Below the pieces are notes generated by a model, which was given only the letters and a program-made list of their open reading frames with translations, was not told the origin of the DNA and made no database searches. From an uncultured Verrucomicrobiae bacterium (GTDB taxonomy: Bacteria; Verrucomicrobiota; Verrucomicrobiia; Chthoniobacterales; UBA10450), in contig CAVWPA010000003.1 of NCBI GenBank assembly GCA_963756875.1, positions 1,120,001 through 1,184,000 on the forward strand: 64,000 nucleotides of DNA. The letters run 5' to 3'. Both the position numbers and the translations under genes were made by a program. Numbering within the stretch: the stretch's first letter is position 1; each line of letters begins with the position of its first letter. Below, in pieces: positions 8,575 through 19,100 of this stretch.

Positions 8575-10143
8575 TTAGCGCGTGCCTTCCGCTGTTTGAC
8601 GACCCCGAAAGCTTTCGGGGCCAATCAACTTGTCGAGACTTGGAATCTCAAGTTCGAGATAAAATCCGTCGACTCCAGCAAGCCGACACTCAACATCGCA
8701 TGCGAGCAACTCGGAATCTTTTGTAGCGAACTCTTCGCTCGGCAATGCAGCCGCAGGCACGCCTTTCCGATCCACGATCAACCCACCCGAGTGGGTCTCG
8801 ACGGCCGCGCGAATTTCGTTCCACTTCGAGGCATCGATCCATACCTGGCCGCCTTTTACTGAAAATTTGGTAGCCGATGAATTTTTGACGAACTTCGGCA
8901 TACGCGGAGCGCGTGGTTTCCATTTCGTGCCGTCTGCGCTGGCGACGAGATCCGCAAAACGCTCGGCGATGAAGGCTGGAGTGTCGGTTTTGCGATAGCC
9001 CTCAAGCGGCGCGCGAAGTAGTTTCGACATTCGCTGCAAAATATCCACGGCGCGATCTTCGGCGTTGCCGCCTAACCGAATTACCGCGGGAATATTCAGG
9101 TCAAGTTCCCAAAACGCCTTGGCCAGTCCGTAAGCGGACCAATATTGTTCCTGGCTCGCGACGCCCGAGCCCGACCCGAAATATCCGACGAGATCAGGTT
9201 GAGCCAGAATGATTCGGCTGGCGCGATACACTTTGGACGCGGATGGATTGCCGCTGGTGTCGGTGAAATTGGCAATGGTGAATCCCGCGTTCACGATGGC
9301 GTCCATCGACATCATCGACCCGCCACCGCCGGCGCCGTGAAACCCGGCAAGCCCTTTGGAACCCTTTGGGCATTCCGTCGCCAACTGCGCAAAATAAAAT
9401 GTGCCGCGATGATCGCTTTGTTCCACGGCGTAAGCCACGCGCTCAAGAGCCGTGGGCGGATGATCGAATTCTCTGGCAATTTCAATTCCAAGATCAGGAT
9501 GTCGCGCCACCGCGTAATCGTCGATCGTGATCCGACAATCGGCGGCGACGAACTCGTCATTTTTCGTCAGCACCAGCGGGTTGATCTCCAGCGACCTGGC
9601 TTCAACGCTACGGGCGGCGGCAAATAATTTTCGGATTGAATCGGCCAGTTTGGCCGCTTGCGCCGTGGAAAGTTTGCACGAAGCGACAGTTTCGCTGACG
9701 GCCGAATCGAGTGGGCCGCTATTCACGTCGCAGGGAATACGCCGCGTCGAAGCTGCGCGTTCTTCGATTCCAGTGCCTCCTCCGCCGGCAAAAATAATTA
9801 CCGGAGCGCGGGCGGCATCATCGATCGCTAACGAAAGAAAGAATTCCCGGTCGATGTCGAGCTTCTCTTCCACAAGAACGGCATCGACCGGAAACTGTCC
9901 AACCTTCATCGCCAGCATCCGCGCGGCGTGATCGCGAATGTCGTTTGGCTTTTTGGCGAACGCGACCCCGCCGATGCCGGCGCGTCCGGTGGTCCAGGCC
10001 TGAATCTTGACGACTACTTCGCCGCCGAGTTCCTTCGCCGCCGTCACGGCGTCATCAGCGGCAAAAGCCGCCCGGCCGCGCGGAATCTTGAATCCGCTCC
10101 GCGCAAGAATGGCTTTGCCTTGATATTCGTGAAGTCGGGCCAT
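8575..10143 (-). CDS. Divergent ATP-grasp acyl-CoA ligase beta subunit (SucC/CcsA-like) with a C-terminal extension
   Basis: MARLHEYQGK, VKIQ...GRAGIGGV, LVEE, EINPLV, AADC, GAGGG, ANFTD, IRLGG; ATG at 10143. Confidence 0.85.
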   Translation of the reverse strand: MARLHEYQGKAILARSGFKIPRGRAAFAADDAVTAAKELGGEVVVKIQAWTTGRAGIGGVAFAKKPNDIRDHAARMLAMKVGQFPVDAVLVEEKLDIDREFFLSLAIDDAARAPVIIFAGGGGTGIEERAASTRRIPCDVNSGPLDSAVSETVASCKLSTAQAAKLADSIRKLFAAARSVEARSLEINPLVLTKNDEFVAADCRITIDDYAVARHPDLGIEIAREFDHPPTALERVAYAVEQSDHRGTFYFAQLATECPKGSKGLAGFHGAGGGGSMMSMDAIVNAGFTIANFTDTSGNPSASKVYRASRIILAQPDLVGYFGSGSGVASQEQYWSAYGLAKAFWELDLNIPAVIRLGGNAEDRAVDILQRMSKLLRAPLEGYRKTDTPAFIAERFADLVASADGTKWKPRAPRMPKFVKNSSATKFSVKGGQVWIDASKWNEIRAAVETHSGGLIVDRKGVPAAALPSEEFATKDSELLACDVECRLAGVDGFYLELEIPSLDKLIGPESFRGRQTAEGTR

Positions 10144-10180
10144 GATTGGAAGGTATTTGGATGATCCTAGCGGAATTTTC

Positions 10181-10329
10181 GGGTAGCGCACGCGTCTCGC
10201 GTGCTGGCGAGCGCGTCCTCGCGATCGCGAACTTTTTCCAGTAATCATTATTGGTCACTTCAGTCCAATCAAAGAAAAGACTGTTTCGGCGAGACGCCAA
10301 AACCAGCACGCGAGACGCGTGCGCTACCC
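10181..10329. repeat. MITE/REP-like element family A, copy 2
   Basis: Perfect 27-bp inverted repeat GGGTAGCGCACGCGTCTCGCGTGCTGG. Confidence 0.85.
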
Positions 10330-10409
10330 AGACACCTGACCTTGCGGCTTGATCTTATTGATCGCGGATGGCGGGCGTAATAGTGTCGATCCAACCGAAG
10401 GCGCGCTGC

Positions 10410-11585
10410 ATGACCTCAACCTCGCTCGATTATTACGGCATTGAAGAGCTTTTGAGCGACGAAGAACGCGCGGCGCGCGATCGGGCGCGGCGTTTTGTGC
10501 AGGATGAAGTAATGGATCAAGTCGTGCCGTATCATCGGGCGGGCAAGTTTCCCGAACATCTTACGCCGCGCATGGGCGCGTTACGTTTCTATGCGCCGTA
10601 CTTAAAAGAACACGGCTGCGCGGGGCTGAGCTACACGGCCTACGGCTTGATCATGCAGGAGCTGGAACGAGCTGACTCTGGCCTTCGTTCACTGGCATCG
10701 GTGCAGGGCGCGCTTGTCATCCACGCAATTCATTCCTTCGGCACGCCGGAACAGCACGCGCAGTGGCTGCCGGGACTGGTGTCGGGCGAACGCGTTGGTT
10801 GTTTCGCGCTGACCGAACACGGACACGGCTCGGACCCTGGCGGGATGGAAACCCAGGCCAAACGCGATGGCGATCATTATGTTTTGAACGGCAGTAAGTG
10901 CTGGATCGGTAACGCATCCATCGCGGACGTGAAAGTCGTGTGGGCGAAGGACGACGACGGACGCGTGGGCGGATTCATTGTGGAGAAGGATGCTCCCGGA
11001 TTCCGCGGGCAGGACATCGAGGGAAAGTTCAGCTTGCGCATGTCGCGCACGTCGGAGTGCTGGTTCGAAAACTGTCGCATACCAGCGGAAAGCCGGCTGC
11101 CGAAGGCGAAGGGACTGCGCGCACCGCTGTCGTGTCTTTCACAGGCGCGGGTGGGCGTGGCGTGGGGAGTGATTGGCGCGGCCATCGATTGTTACGAAAC
11201 GGCGCTGGCGTATGCGAAATCGAGAGAACAGTTCGGCCGTCCAATTGCCGGGTTTCAACTGGTACAGGAAAAACTTGTCTGGATGGTGCAGGAGATTACC
11301 AAGGCGCAATTGTTAGCGCTCCGTCTTACTCGCATGATGGAAAAAGGCACGGCACGTCCCGCCCAGATTTCGCTGGCGAAGCGGAACAACGTGTGGATGG
11401 CGCTGGAATGCGCGCGAAAGGCGCGCGACATCCTAGGCGCCGCGGGTATCACGGATCGCTATTCGGTGATTCGCCACCTCATGAACCTTGAGAGTGTCTA
11501 CACGTATGAAGGGACGCACGACGTCCACGCGTTGGTGATCGGCCACGACATCACAGGGCTCGACGCCTTTGGCGGCTCTTCATGA
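10410..11585 (+). CDS. Acyl-CoA dehydrogenase, glutaryl-CoA dehydrogenase-like
   Basis: ELERADSGLRS, GCFALTE...GSDP, LNGSKCWI, QFGRPIAGFQLVQ, C-terminal NLESVYTYEGTHD. Confidence 0.85.
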   Translation: MTSTSLDYYGIEELLSDEERAARDRARRFVQDEVMDQVVPYHRAGKFPEHLTPRMGALRFYAPYLKEHGCAGLSYTAYGLIMQELERADSGLRSLASVQGALVIHAIHSFGTPEQHAQWLPGLVSGERVGCFALTEHGHGSDPGGMETQAKRDGDHYVLNGSKCWIGNASIADVKVVWAKDDDGRVGGFIVEKDAPGFRGQDIEGKFSLRMSRTSECWFENCRIPAESRLPKAKGLRAPLSCLSQARVGVAWGVIGAAIDCYETALAYAKSREQFGRPIAGFQLVQEKLVWMVQEITKAQLLALRLTRMMEKGTARPAQISLAKRNNVWMALECARKARDILGAAGITDRYSVIRHLMNLESVYTYEGTHDVHALVIGHDITGLDAFGGSS

Positions 11586-11598
11586 TAGACTGCGCGAT

Positions 11599-12111
11599 AT
11601 GAGTCACATGGATTGGGACGCGATCAGCGCAATCTCGCAAATGATTGGCTCGGTTGCGGTAGTTCTCTCCGTCCTTTATCTCGCCTTTCAAGTGCATCAA
11701 AGCACGCGCGTAGCAAAGTTGGCCGCGCAGGATGCTGCGGCAACGTCACTCCGTGAGGTGACGAGACCGTTTGCTGAGAATGCCGATCTGGCTCGGGTTT
11801 GGCGAATAGGGCTTGAGGATTTGCAATCGTTGTCGGCGGAGGAACAGGCGCGTTTCTTCCATTCCACTTATCAATTTCTCAAGGCATTCGAAACGATTCA
11901 CTTTCACCATATCCATGGAGTGATGGACGAGCAGATCTGGCAAGGATGGTCCGGCCTTCTTCAGCACTACATTGCGTCTCCCGGGATGGATCATTACTGG
12001 CAGCTGCGTCACGATCTTTTCTCAGTTCGGTTTCAGCAGTTTATCCATTCGCTCGAGCGTCCGACTGAGCGCCGCACGGTTGGTAATCTGTTGGGGCAAG
12101 AGAATCGGTGA
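11599..12111 (+). CDS. Hypothetical protein with N-terminal membrane anchor
   Basis: MDWDAISAISQMIGSVAVVLSVLYLAFQ hydrophobic N-terminus. Confidence 0.7.
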   Translation: MSHMDWDAISAISQMIGSVAVVLSVLYLAFQVHQSTRVAKLAAQDAAATSLREVTRPFAENADLARVWRIGLEDLQSLSAEEQARFFHSTYQFLKAFETIHFHHIHGVMDEQIWQGWSGLLQHYIASPGMDHYWQLRHDLFSVRFQQFIHSLERPTERRTVGNLLGQENR

Positions 12112-12182
12112 GTCAGGAAAAGGTTTGTCGAACTCCTTCCCATATCACAGCGCTGGATGCCTTCGGCGGCTGACGATTGAAT

Positions 12183-12255
12183 TGTAGCCGCGGCGCTCTG
12201 TCGCCGCGTTGAGAATAAGCTGAGGATTACGCCTCGACACAGCGAGGCGGCTACA
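12183..12255. repeat. GTAG-type REP doublet
   Basis: TGTAGCCGC...GGCGGCTACA. Confidence 0.7.
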
Positions 12256-12301
12256 GGAGTTGGATGACAGCGCGGGAAGATTCGTTAAGTTATTTGGAGC
12301 T

Positions 12302-13537
12302 ATGAACCCAGTTTATATTCTCGGCGGCGGGCGCACGGATTTTAAGCGCAACCTGAAGAAGGAAGGCAAAGCCATCCGGCACGTGATTGTCGAGGCCGGA
12401 AAAAAGGCGATCGACGATGCGAAGATCGATCCCGGGGAAATTCAGGCGGGCGCGGTTGGAAACTTCAACTCCGGGCAGTTCACCAAACAGCTGCACCTTG
12501 GCGCGTTTATTCCGGAGATCGACCCGAAGCTGCGCGGGATTCCCACCATGCACACCGAAGCGGCCTGCGCTTCCGGCGCGCTTTCCGTTTTGCTTGGCGC
12601 GGAATGGATCATGGGCGGTATTTACGACGTAGTGCTGGTGGTCGGCGCGGAACAGCAAAAAACGATGTCGGCGCTCGATGGCTCCGATGTCCTCGGCGCG
12701 GCGGCCGATTATCACAACGAAAGACCGGAATACGGCGATTTCATGTTTCCGAAATTGTTCGGGAAGATCGCGCAGATTTATATCGAAAAGTACGGCGCAT
12801 CCGCAGCGGACCTCGCGACGGTGGCGTGGAAGAACTACGCGCACGCCAAATTGAACCCGCTCGCCCAAATGCGCGACGCCGATGTGACTCTCGATTATGC
12901 ATCGCAGGTCTCCGATAAGAACCCGTGCGTGGCGGCGCCGCTGAAGGTTTCCGATTGTTCGCAGATCACCGACGGCTCCGCGTCGGTCGTCCTCGTTTCC
13001 GGGAAATACATGGAGAAGATCGGGCGCGACAAAAAGAAAACCGCGCGTCTGCTCGGCTTCGGTCACACCACCGATTATCTGGCGCTTGATAAAAAGGATG
13101 CGCCGACTTTTTCGATTGCGCGGAAGGCGGCTGAGAAAGCGCTCTTAATGGCGAACTTGAAACCACGCGACATGAATGGTGTGGAAGTGCACGATTGTTT
13201 CTCGATTACCGAAATTGTTGCTTATGAACTCCTCGGTCTGGCCGAGCCGGGGAAAGGGGCAGAGCTGGCCCGGAGCGGCGCGACGGCGTTGCCGCAAGTG
13301 CGCAATGAAAAGATGCGCGGCAAGTTTGCGTTTGAAATTCCGGTGAACGCGGGCGGCGGATTAATCGGTGATGGTCATCCGGTCGGAGCGACCGGGGTTC
13401 GACAGGTTGTGGAAGCCTATCAGCATCTCACCGGGCAGGCCGGTGCCCGGCAGATCCCGAACGCGAAGCGTTTCCTGACCTTCAACATGGGCGGCAGTCT
13501 TACGACTTCGGTGGCCATGGTCTGGGGACGTGAGTAA
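12302..13537 (+). CDS. Thiolase (acetyl-CoA C-acyltransferase, SCP-x/Ltp-like)
   Basis: EAACASG, DCSQITDG, EVHDCF, GHPVGATG. Confidence 0.9.
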   Translation: MNPVYILGGGRTDFKRNLKKEGKAIRHVIVEAGKKAIDDAKIDPGEIQAGAVGNFNSGQFTKQLHLGAFIPEIDPKLRGIPTMHTEAACASGALSVLLGAEWIMGGIYDVVLVVGAEQQKTMSALDGSDVLGAAADYHNERPEYGDFMFPKLFGKIAQIYIEKYGASAADLATVAWKNYAHAKLNPLAQMRDADVTLDYASQVSDKNPCVAAPLKVSDCSQITDGSASVVLVSGKYMEKIGRDKKKTARLLGFGHTTDYLALDKKDAPTFSIARKAAEKALLMANLKPRDMNGVEVHDCFSITEIVAYELLGLAEPGKGAELARSGATALPQVRNEKMRGKFAFEIPVNAGGGLIGDGHPVGATGVRQVVEAYQHLTGQAGARQIPNAKRFLTFNMGGSLTTSVAMVWGRE

Positions 13538-13567
13538 AGCAAAGAGGGCGCTGCCGGCGGCAGGAGG

Positions 13568-13900
13568 CTATAGGGAAGCTTGGGCGCGGAGTTTGGTGAC
13601 GCGATGCTTGACGACTTCGCAGCGTTTCCGCTCGCGGGCCGCCTCTGATTCGGGGAGGCACTGAGCCTGATACGGCGACCGTGCGGGCTTCAAGCAGCTC
13701 TGCACGAACTCATTTGCCACCGTCACGCTGTCCAGCTTGGCCTTTGCTTTGGATTTCTCGGCTTCGGCCAACAAATTGTCCCGGATGGCTATGAACGCCC
13801 GGATTTCGGTGATCGCCCGGCTGGGCTCCTTGCGTTCAACAGTTTTTGGTACGCGAGTTTTGGATCGGAAGACTGGTGCGGTTGAGGTGGCGAGAGGCAT
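13568..13900 (-). CDS. Hypothetical protein
   Basis: ORF filling the intergenic gap; helical, basic composition. Confidence 0.55.
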   Translation of the reverse strand: MPLATSTAPVFRSKTRVPKTVERKEPSRAITEIRAFIAIRDNLLAEAEKSKAKAKLDSVTVANEFVQSCLKPARSPYQAQCLPESEAARERKRCEVVKHRVTKLRAQASL

Positions 13901-13994
13901 GCCTGCCAAAAAGCAGTTTCCGTGCTGACTTTAGGTCGTGCCCCGCGCCCTTGAGTCGCCGTCTCAGAGCTGCGAAGTCAGATTGCCTCTGACG

Positions 13995-15017
13995 TCATTT
14001 CATCCCGTAAACGAGGAGATGAAATGTGCCGGAAACATACGTCGGCCAACGATGTTCGGCCGGCGATGCGTCGGGTCGTTTCGGTTCAATCGTCGCCGTC
14101 GCGGTATAAATACAATGCGTCGATGGGTCGAGCGCCATCGTCCGCGCGCCGCGTTCGGTCGGGAGCGTTTGAACAACCGAGAGTTTGCCGGGCGTTTCCT
14201 CTTTCGCGATCGTTATCGTGCCATCGCCGCAGGATGCAAACGCGAGCTGCGTTGCGTCGTCAAACGCGCATGCGTCCACGCCGGCGCCAATCGGAACGGT
14301 TGCCACAATTTTCCCCGTGTCGCTATCCAGCATCGCCATCAGTTTGTTGTGGCAGCCGACAAACAAGCGATGATGCGTCCGGTCGATTGCCATGCCAGTA
14401 GGTTCCTCGCCTGGCGCCAGCGGCCAGGTTGCAGTCACGGTGTGGCTCCGTGTATCGATGACGGCGACCTCGCTCTTGTCTTCGATATTGCAAAAAACCC
14501 GGCCGCTTGTCGGTTCCGCCACCGCGAATTCCGGTTTCCCAGCCAGTGGGATCGTTGCCACGACCTTCGCAGTTTCGGCGTTAATGACGGTCGCCGACTG
14601 GCCGCGCCCGTTGAATGTATAAACTTCCGCGTGGCCGGGTTCATATAAGATTGCGTCCGGATTCTTACCGGTTTCGACTTGCGTGATCGTCTTGAGCGTT
14701 TTCAGGTCGACCACGGATACCCGCGCCTCAGCGCCATTGCTCGAAAACCCCCGGGCAAACTGCGGGGCAATTGCAAACCCGTGCACGCCCGGCGTATCAC
14801 GAATTTCACCGGCCACTGCATCGTGCACGAGGTCCATGACTACGATCCTGTCGGAATGCGCCACATAGAGTTTCTTCGCCGCGGCATCGATCGACAAGTA
14901 ATCCCAGCCACCTTCGCCTCCTAACGGGATACTTTTGAGAAACTTATATTCACTTTGCGGCTGGGCGGCTTCGACTACGGCAAGGAACAACAGCCCGATC
15001 ATCCAATGCGGTTTCAT
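13995..15017 (-). CDS. YncE/YVTN-family beta-propeller, secreted
   Basis: Signal peptide; GGWDYLSID, GVHGFA, GKNPDAI, PGEEPTG, GARTMA. Confidence 0.9.
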   Translation of the reverse strand: MKPHWMIGLLFLAVVEAAQPQSEYKFLKSIPLGGEGGWDYLSIDAAAKKLYVAHSDRIVVMDLVHDAVAGEIRDTPGVHGFAIAPQFARGFSSNGAEARVSVVDLKTLKTITQVETGKNPDAILYEPGHAEVYTFNGRGQSATVINAETAKVVATIPLAGKPEFAVAEPTSGRVFCNIEDKSEVAVIDTRSHTVTATWPLAPGEEPTGMAIDRTHHRLFVGCHNKLMAMLDSDTGKIVATVPIGAGVDACAFDDATQLAFASCGDGTITIAKEETPGKLSVVQTLPTERGARTMALDPSTHCIYTATATIEPKRPDASPAEHRWPTYVSGTFHLLVYGMK

Positions 15018-15208
15018 GTGTGTCTGCTAACCTCGGTCTGGCCAAATGCGCAATCAAATTCAGACGGCCTGCCAGTTTTTGGTTTCTCAAAGCAGCTTCG
15101 AGGAGCCTTAGCTCGCAGCGCGTCGCCCTGTTCACTTTTCAAACGGTGTAGCCATGCAACCATGTAACCATGTAAGTATGTGGCGGTGTAACGATTCAAT
15201 CTCTTGCA

Positions 15209-15598
15209 ATGAAGGTTCCATTTAAGCTCGGCGTGGTCGGTCACTTCGGTTTGGCCGTGCGCGATCCGAAAGCGAGCGCGAAATGGTTCGAACGCGTTCT
15301 GGGATTGCGCAAGGAATTCGAGTTTGGCGACGGCGTGGCGATCGGAAATGAAAACGTCACGATCGCCTTGTTCAAGGGCAAGCCGTCGCCGGATACGATT
15401 GATCACATGTCGTTTCATCTTCCGAACATGTCGACTCTTCGAAAAGCACTCGCGCATTTAAAAAAACTCAACGTCGATATTGAAGATCCCGGCGATGAGA
15501 TCGGACCGGAAGGACCCGGTTCAAAAAACATGGGCCTGTGGTTTTACGACCCTGACGGCTACCGCTGGGAGCTGAGCGTGCTGGGTGGCCGGCGCTGA
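15209..15598 (+). CDS. VOC/glyoxalase family protein
   Basis: HFGLAVRD, IDHMSF, FYDPDGYRWEL. Confidence 0.9.
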   Translation: MKVPFKLGVVGHFGLAVRDPKASAKWFERVLGLRKEFEFGDGVAIGNENVTIALFKGKPSPDTIDHMSFHLPNMSTLRKALAHLKKLNVDIEDPGDEIGPEGPGSKNMGLWFYDPDGYRWELSVLGGRR

Positions 15599-15626
15599 GA
15601 CAGGCGCGGCCGTCCCCGGAGGAATT

Positions 15627-16127
15627 TTAACCGGGGTGCGGGGGAAGAAGAATAAATCGCGCAAATTGCACCATAGCGACCATGAGCTGGAATACGATGG
15701 CGGCGTAGAACGGCCAAAAGACATTCAAGATCGCAACGTTATAAAGTTGGAACAGCATCATCGCGGCCCCTAAAACGGCGACCGGGTAAAATATCCGCCG
15801 ACTCGCGTCCTTGGCTTTCAGTTGTTCAGGGAGAAAGCGAAACCCTCCTTGCGTCGCGCCCGCGAACGCAAAGAGAAAAAGCAGAGTAAACCCGCTGCAC
15901 CAGCGCCAGATCGCGACCGGCGGCGGATTAATCGCAAGAAGCACCGATCCAAACATGCAGAAAACGAGCGGAAAAATCGAGTTGGCCAGCAAAAACCGCA
16001 GGCGGAGTTTATCGATGGCCGACCAATCGTGCACGGATCCACGGCGAAAAACGACTACCACCCCGGCGAAACCCGCCAACGTCACGGCGACCTGCGCCGC
16101 GGTGCCGAGTGCTTCGCCCGGGTCCAT
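15627..16127 (-). CDS. Hypothetical integral membrane protein
   Basis: About five hydrophobic segments; AQVAVTLAGFAGVV. Confidence 0.75.
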   Translation of the reverse strand: MDPGEALGTAAQVAVTLAGFAGVVVVFRRGSVHDWSAIDKLRLRFLLANSIFPLVFCMFGSVLLAINPPPVAIWRWCSGFTLLFLFAFAGATQGGFRFLPEQLKAKDASRRIFYPVAVLGAAMMLFQLYNVAILNVFWPFYAAIVFQLMVAMVQFARFILLPPHPG

Positions 16128-16138
16128 GGACGATGCCG

Positions 16139-19100
16139 CTAGCTATTCTTGGCCGGATTCCGATTCGGGAACGGGGGAACCGGGGGCAACTCGTAACCTT
16201 TGGTCTTCATTTCCTTCTGAATCTCCTGAATCGCCCGGTCGAGCTGCTGATCTTCTCCGCGAAATTCTTTCGCCGGATCGTTGTCCACCATGATATCGGG
16301 GTCAACTCCATGACCTTCGATGATCCATTCCTTCCCTTTTTTCGAATACGGCGCGAATTCCGGCTTGAAGAATTGCCCGCCATCGGTCAACGGCAACGGA
16401 TTGCGAATGCCGATGACGCCGCCCCAGGTCCGTTTACCGATCAGTTTGCCCAGGCCGAGCGACTTGAAGCGGTAAGGAAAGATGTCGCCATCGGACGCTG
16501 AAAATTCGTCGATCAAGGCAACCATCGGGCCAATGAATGTCTGTGGCGGGTTCGTTTGAGGCACGCCGTTTCGCGCGATTTCCACCATTATAAGCGCGCG
16601 GCGCAACCGCTCGATGACTAGCGGCGAAACAAAGCCGCCGCCGTTGCCGCGTACGTCGACGATGAGCCCTTTCTTGTGGATTTGCGGAAAATAAAGCTTG
16701 GTGAATTCGTCCAGGCCCGGCTGTCCCATATCGGGGATGTGAACATAGCCGACCTCGCCGCCGGTCTTTTTATTTACTTCGTCGATATTTTTGCGCACCC
16801 AGGCCAGGTAGTAGAGGGGCGATTCATCATCGATCGGCACAACTGTAACGTCGCGTGCGCCCGCCTCGGTCGGCTTGGAATTCACACGCAGGATTACCTG
16901 CTTGCCGGCTGTATCGATGAGCGCGTCGTATATATTAGGCAACGTGGAAACCGGGATCCCATTGATCGCCAGGATGTAGTCGCCCACCTTCACGTTTACG
17001 CCGATTGCCGTAAGAGGAGAACGCGTATGTTCGTCCCAGTTTTCTCCCGGTAAAATCCGATCGATCCGGTAAGCGCGAGTGGATTGGTCGCGGGAGAATT
17101 CCGCCCCGAGCAATCCGAGTTTGACCCGCGGCGCTTTGGGTCGTTCGCCGCCGACGACATAAGTGTGGCTGTTGTTCAGTTCGCCGATCAATTCGCCCAG
17201 TAAATAGGTGAGATCGTTGCGATGATTCACGAAGGGAAGCAGCGCGGCGTATTTGTCCCGCATTGCCTTCCAATCGACGCCATTCATGGTCGGCGAATAG
17301 AAGAAATCGCGCATTTGCCGCCAGGCCTCGAAATAGATCTGCTTCCATTCGGCGTGCCGATCGAGCTGCATATCGAGGCCGGAGAGCTTGAGCTCGTGAT
17401 CTTTTGTCTCGAGTTTGTCCTTGGGCAAATCGATTATGGAATAATCCTTTTTGATCTTTAGCAGCATCTTCTTGCCGTCAGCTGTGATCTCGTAGCCGTT
17501 CACGTCGCCGAGGACGGCTTCTTTCCTGTCCTCCAGGTTGTACACGCAAAGATGCTGTTTCTCTTCCTGGCCGAATAGGTCTTCCTGGTTTTCACCAGTC
17601 TCGTCTCCCACGGTGTGGCGCAGATAGAAGATCCGGTCGTCGACCATCCTGATGTCCTTGTAATTTCCCGGTGTGATTTCCAGGCCCACGATCCGGTCTT
17701 GAACGCCGTCGGTGTCCACCTTAACGACTACGGGCTTCTTTTGTTCGGTCTCTTTCTTTTCCGTTTTTTTCTTATCAGCCGTCGCCTTTTTCTCTCCCGT
17801 CTTCTTCTCCGTTTTCTGTTCCTCGGCTTTTTTCTCTTGTTCCTTCTTCTTTTCCGCCTTGCCGACTTCATCGCTGCGCGGCCCCAGCGGCGACTCGGTC
17901 TCTTTAGCGAGCGTGACGAGATAGACACGTTCCATGTCGCGATAAACGTTCTCAAATTCCTCTTCGCCGAACGTCGGTTTGAAATCGCGCGCCGAACTCA
18001 ATAGCAAATATTTCCCATCATCACTAAAGACGGGATTGCTTGCGTCGTACCAGGTGTCGGTCACCGGGACCTGTTGTTTGGTGCCAGTCGAGTAGAGATA
18101 AACCCTGTTCAGATTGTTTTCCTCAGGGCGCGCCCATGTGATCCACTGACTGTCCGGCGACCATGCGTAGGCCTGGATCTCGCCGTATTTGTCGTGATCG
18201 ACATCGGTCACGGCTTTGGATGCAATGTCCACATAACGCAGCCGTTGCAACCGATCGCTCCAAAGCAGCTTTTTGCTGTCCGGCGACCAGACCGCATAAT
18301 AATAGTAGGTGTTCGCTCCGCTGGTCACCTGCTGCGGCTCGCCCTTGCCGTCCTGCGACCGGATGTATAATTCATTCTCGCCGGTCGCGTCCGAATTGTA
18401 GGCAATCCATTTTCCGTCCGGCGACCAGATTGCGTCCCGTTCGTGGGCATTTGATGTCCTGGTCAGGTCGCGGGGAGTGCCATGTTTTGCGGGAACGGAA
18501 AAAAGATCTCCCCGGGCTACCACAATCACACGCTCGCCGTCCGGTGCCGGATGAACCGATTCGATATGCTTTGACGCATCGACCAATTCCGAGCGTCCGG
18601 AGGCAAAATCCTCTTCGATCTTGATCGGCAGTACGGTTGTTTGTCCATTGGCCAGGTCATAACGCCAGATGTAGCCGGCTTGTTCGAACACGATGGAGTC
18701 TTTACCGATCGAGGGAAACTTGATGTCGAAGTCCTTGAAGGTGGTGAGCTGCTTCGTGGCTTTGTTCTTGAGATCGATCGAGAACAGGTTCATTCGCCCA
18801 TCGCGGTCGGAGAGAAAGTAGACGTGGTTATCGGGGCCCCACATCGGGCAGATGTCCTGGGCGGGATCATTTGTGAGATTTTCAGTGGCAGCCGTTTTGA
18901 AATCGTAGATCCATACGTCGTCGGTCATGCCGCCGCGATAATGCTTCCAGGTACGGAACTCGCGGAAAACGCGGTTGAACGCCATCTTGGAATCATCGGG
19001 CGAGAACGAAACAAAGCCTCCGCGCGGCACGGGAAGCTGCTGCGGCAGGTCGCTGTCCATGCCGACCGTATAAAGCTGGCCGTTGAAATCGTTGAACGAT

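Noticed and set aside
6850..10143. Calling the pair ordinary sucCD, or proof of an autotrophic reverse TCA cycle
   Set aside because: The alpha subunit carries a lyase domain and the beta subunit is divergent; no ferredoxin oxidoreductases or fumarate reductase are in the window.
10144..10248. N-terminal extensions in the ORF track (also 35272-35475, 23850-23963, 4534-4740, 31071-31226, 44680-44946)
   Set aside because: They run through repeats, neighbouring genes or intergenic DNA; family homology starts at the downstream start codons.
17730..17870. Purine-skewed low-complexity tract in the tricorn gene
   Set aside because: It encodes the Lys/Glu-rich linker commonly seen in tricorn-like proteases.
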